Assembly: GCA_040756875.1 (NCBI GenBank)
Contig: JBFLYH010000002.1
Coordinates: 32,001-96,000, forward strand
DNA length: 64,000 nucleotides
Direction: 5' to 3'
Origin: a candidate division FCPU426 bacterium
GTDB lineage: Bacteria > Oederibacteriota > JAAXVQ01 > JAUVAV01
Below: more notes on this DNA, generated by a model
The model's database searches: none
What the model was told of the DNA's origin: nothing
The model's input: the letters and a program-made list of their open reading frames with translations, nothing else
The DNA's letters: not shown here
How positions within the stretch are numbered: the first letter of the stretch is position 1

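Noticed and set aside
28453-64000. NRPS/PKS, RTX/MARTX, Rhs or adhesin as the identity of the giant ORF
   Set aside because: No A/C/KS/ACP motifs, GGxGxD repeats, YD repeats or Ig/cadherin repeat arrays are visible.
1-64000. tRNA, rRNA, transposase, integrase or prophage genes
   Set aside because: None recognised; intergenic space is small and no ORF shows such motifs.

Overview
A GC-rich bacterial window in which every credible gene is on the minus strand. (1) 1-10.8 kb: the division/cell-wall (dcw) operon mraZ-[STAS]-rsmH-ftsL-ftsI-murE-murF-mraY-murD-ftsW (ftsW partial), with MraZ boxes and a sigma70 promoter. (2) 11.1-12.1 kb: rplM-rpsI with promoter and terminator. (3) 12.1-20.3 kb: an apparent phosphate/polyphosphate cluster (PHP-GT4 fusion, Ppx/GppA, two thymidylate-kinase-like genes, a small helical protein, CHAD, radical SAM), preceded by 11-bp-periodic Pho-box-like repeats. 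(4) 20.4-64 kb: two tandem giant genes, one of 2,611 aa and one of more than 11,848 aa that is still open at the window edge. They share a C-terminal domain and probably an N-terminal one. The larger protein alternates repeated membrane and peptidase-like modules (CPBP/CAAX-protease motifs, HExxxH, HExxH, HExxE) with whole enzyme domains: two mannose-1-P guanylyltransferases, a zincin, a J-domain, a GNAT, a protein kinase, four CheR-like methyltransferases, a glucan phosphorylase, a GH57, a HAD and an HD-GYP. My best candidate for an undescribed system is a membrane-embedded, possibly self-processing polyprotein family. All domain calls come from reading motifs by eye; no searches were run, and domain boundaries are approximate.
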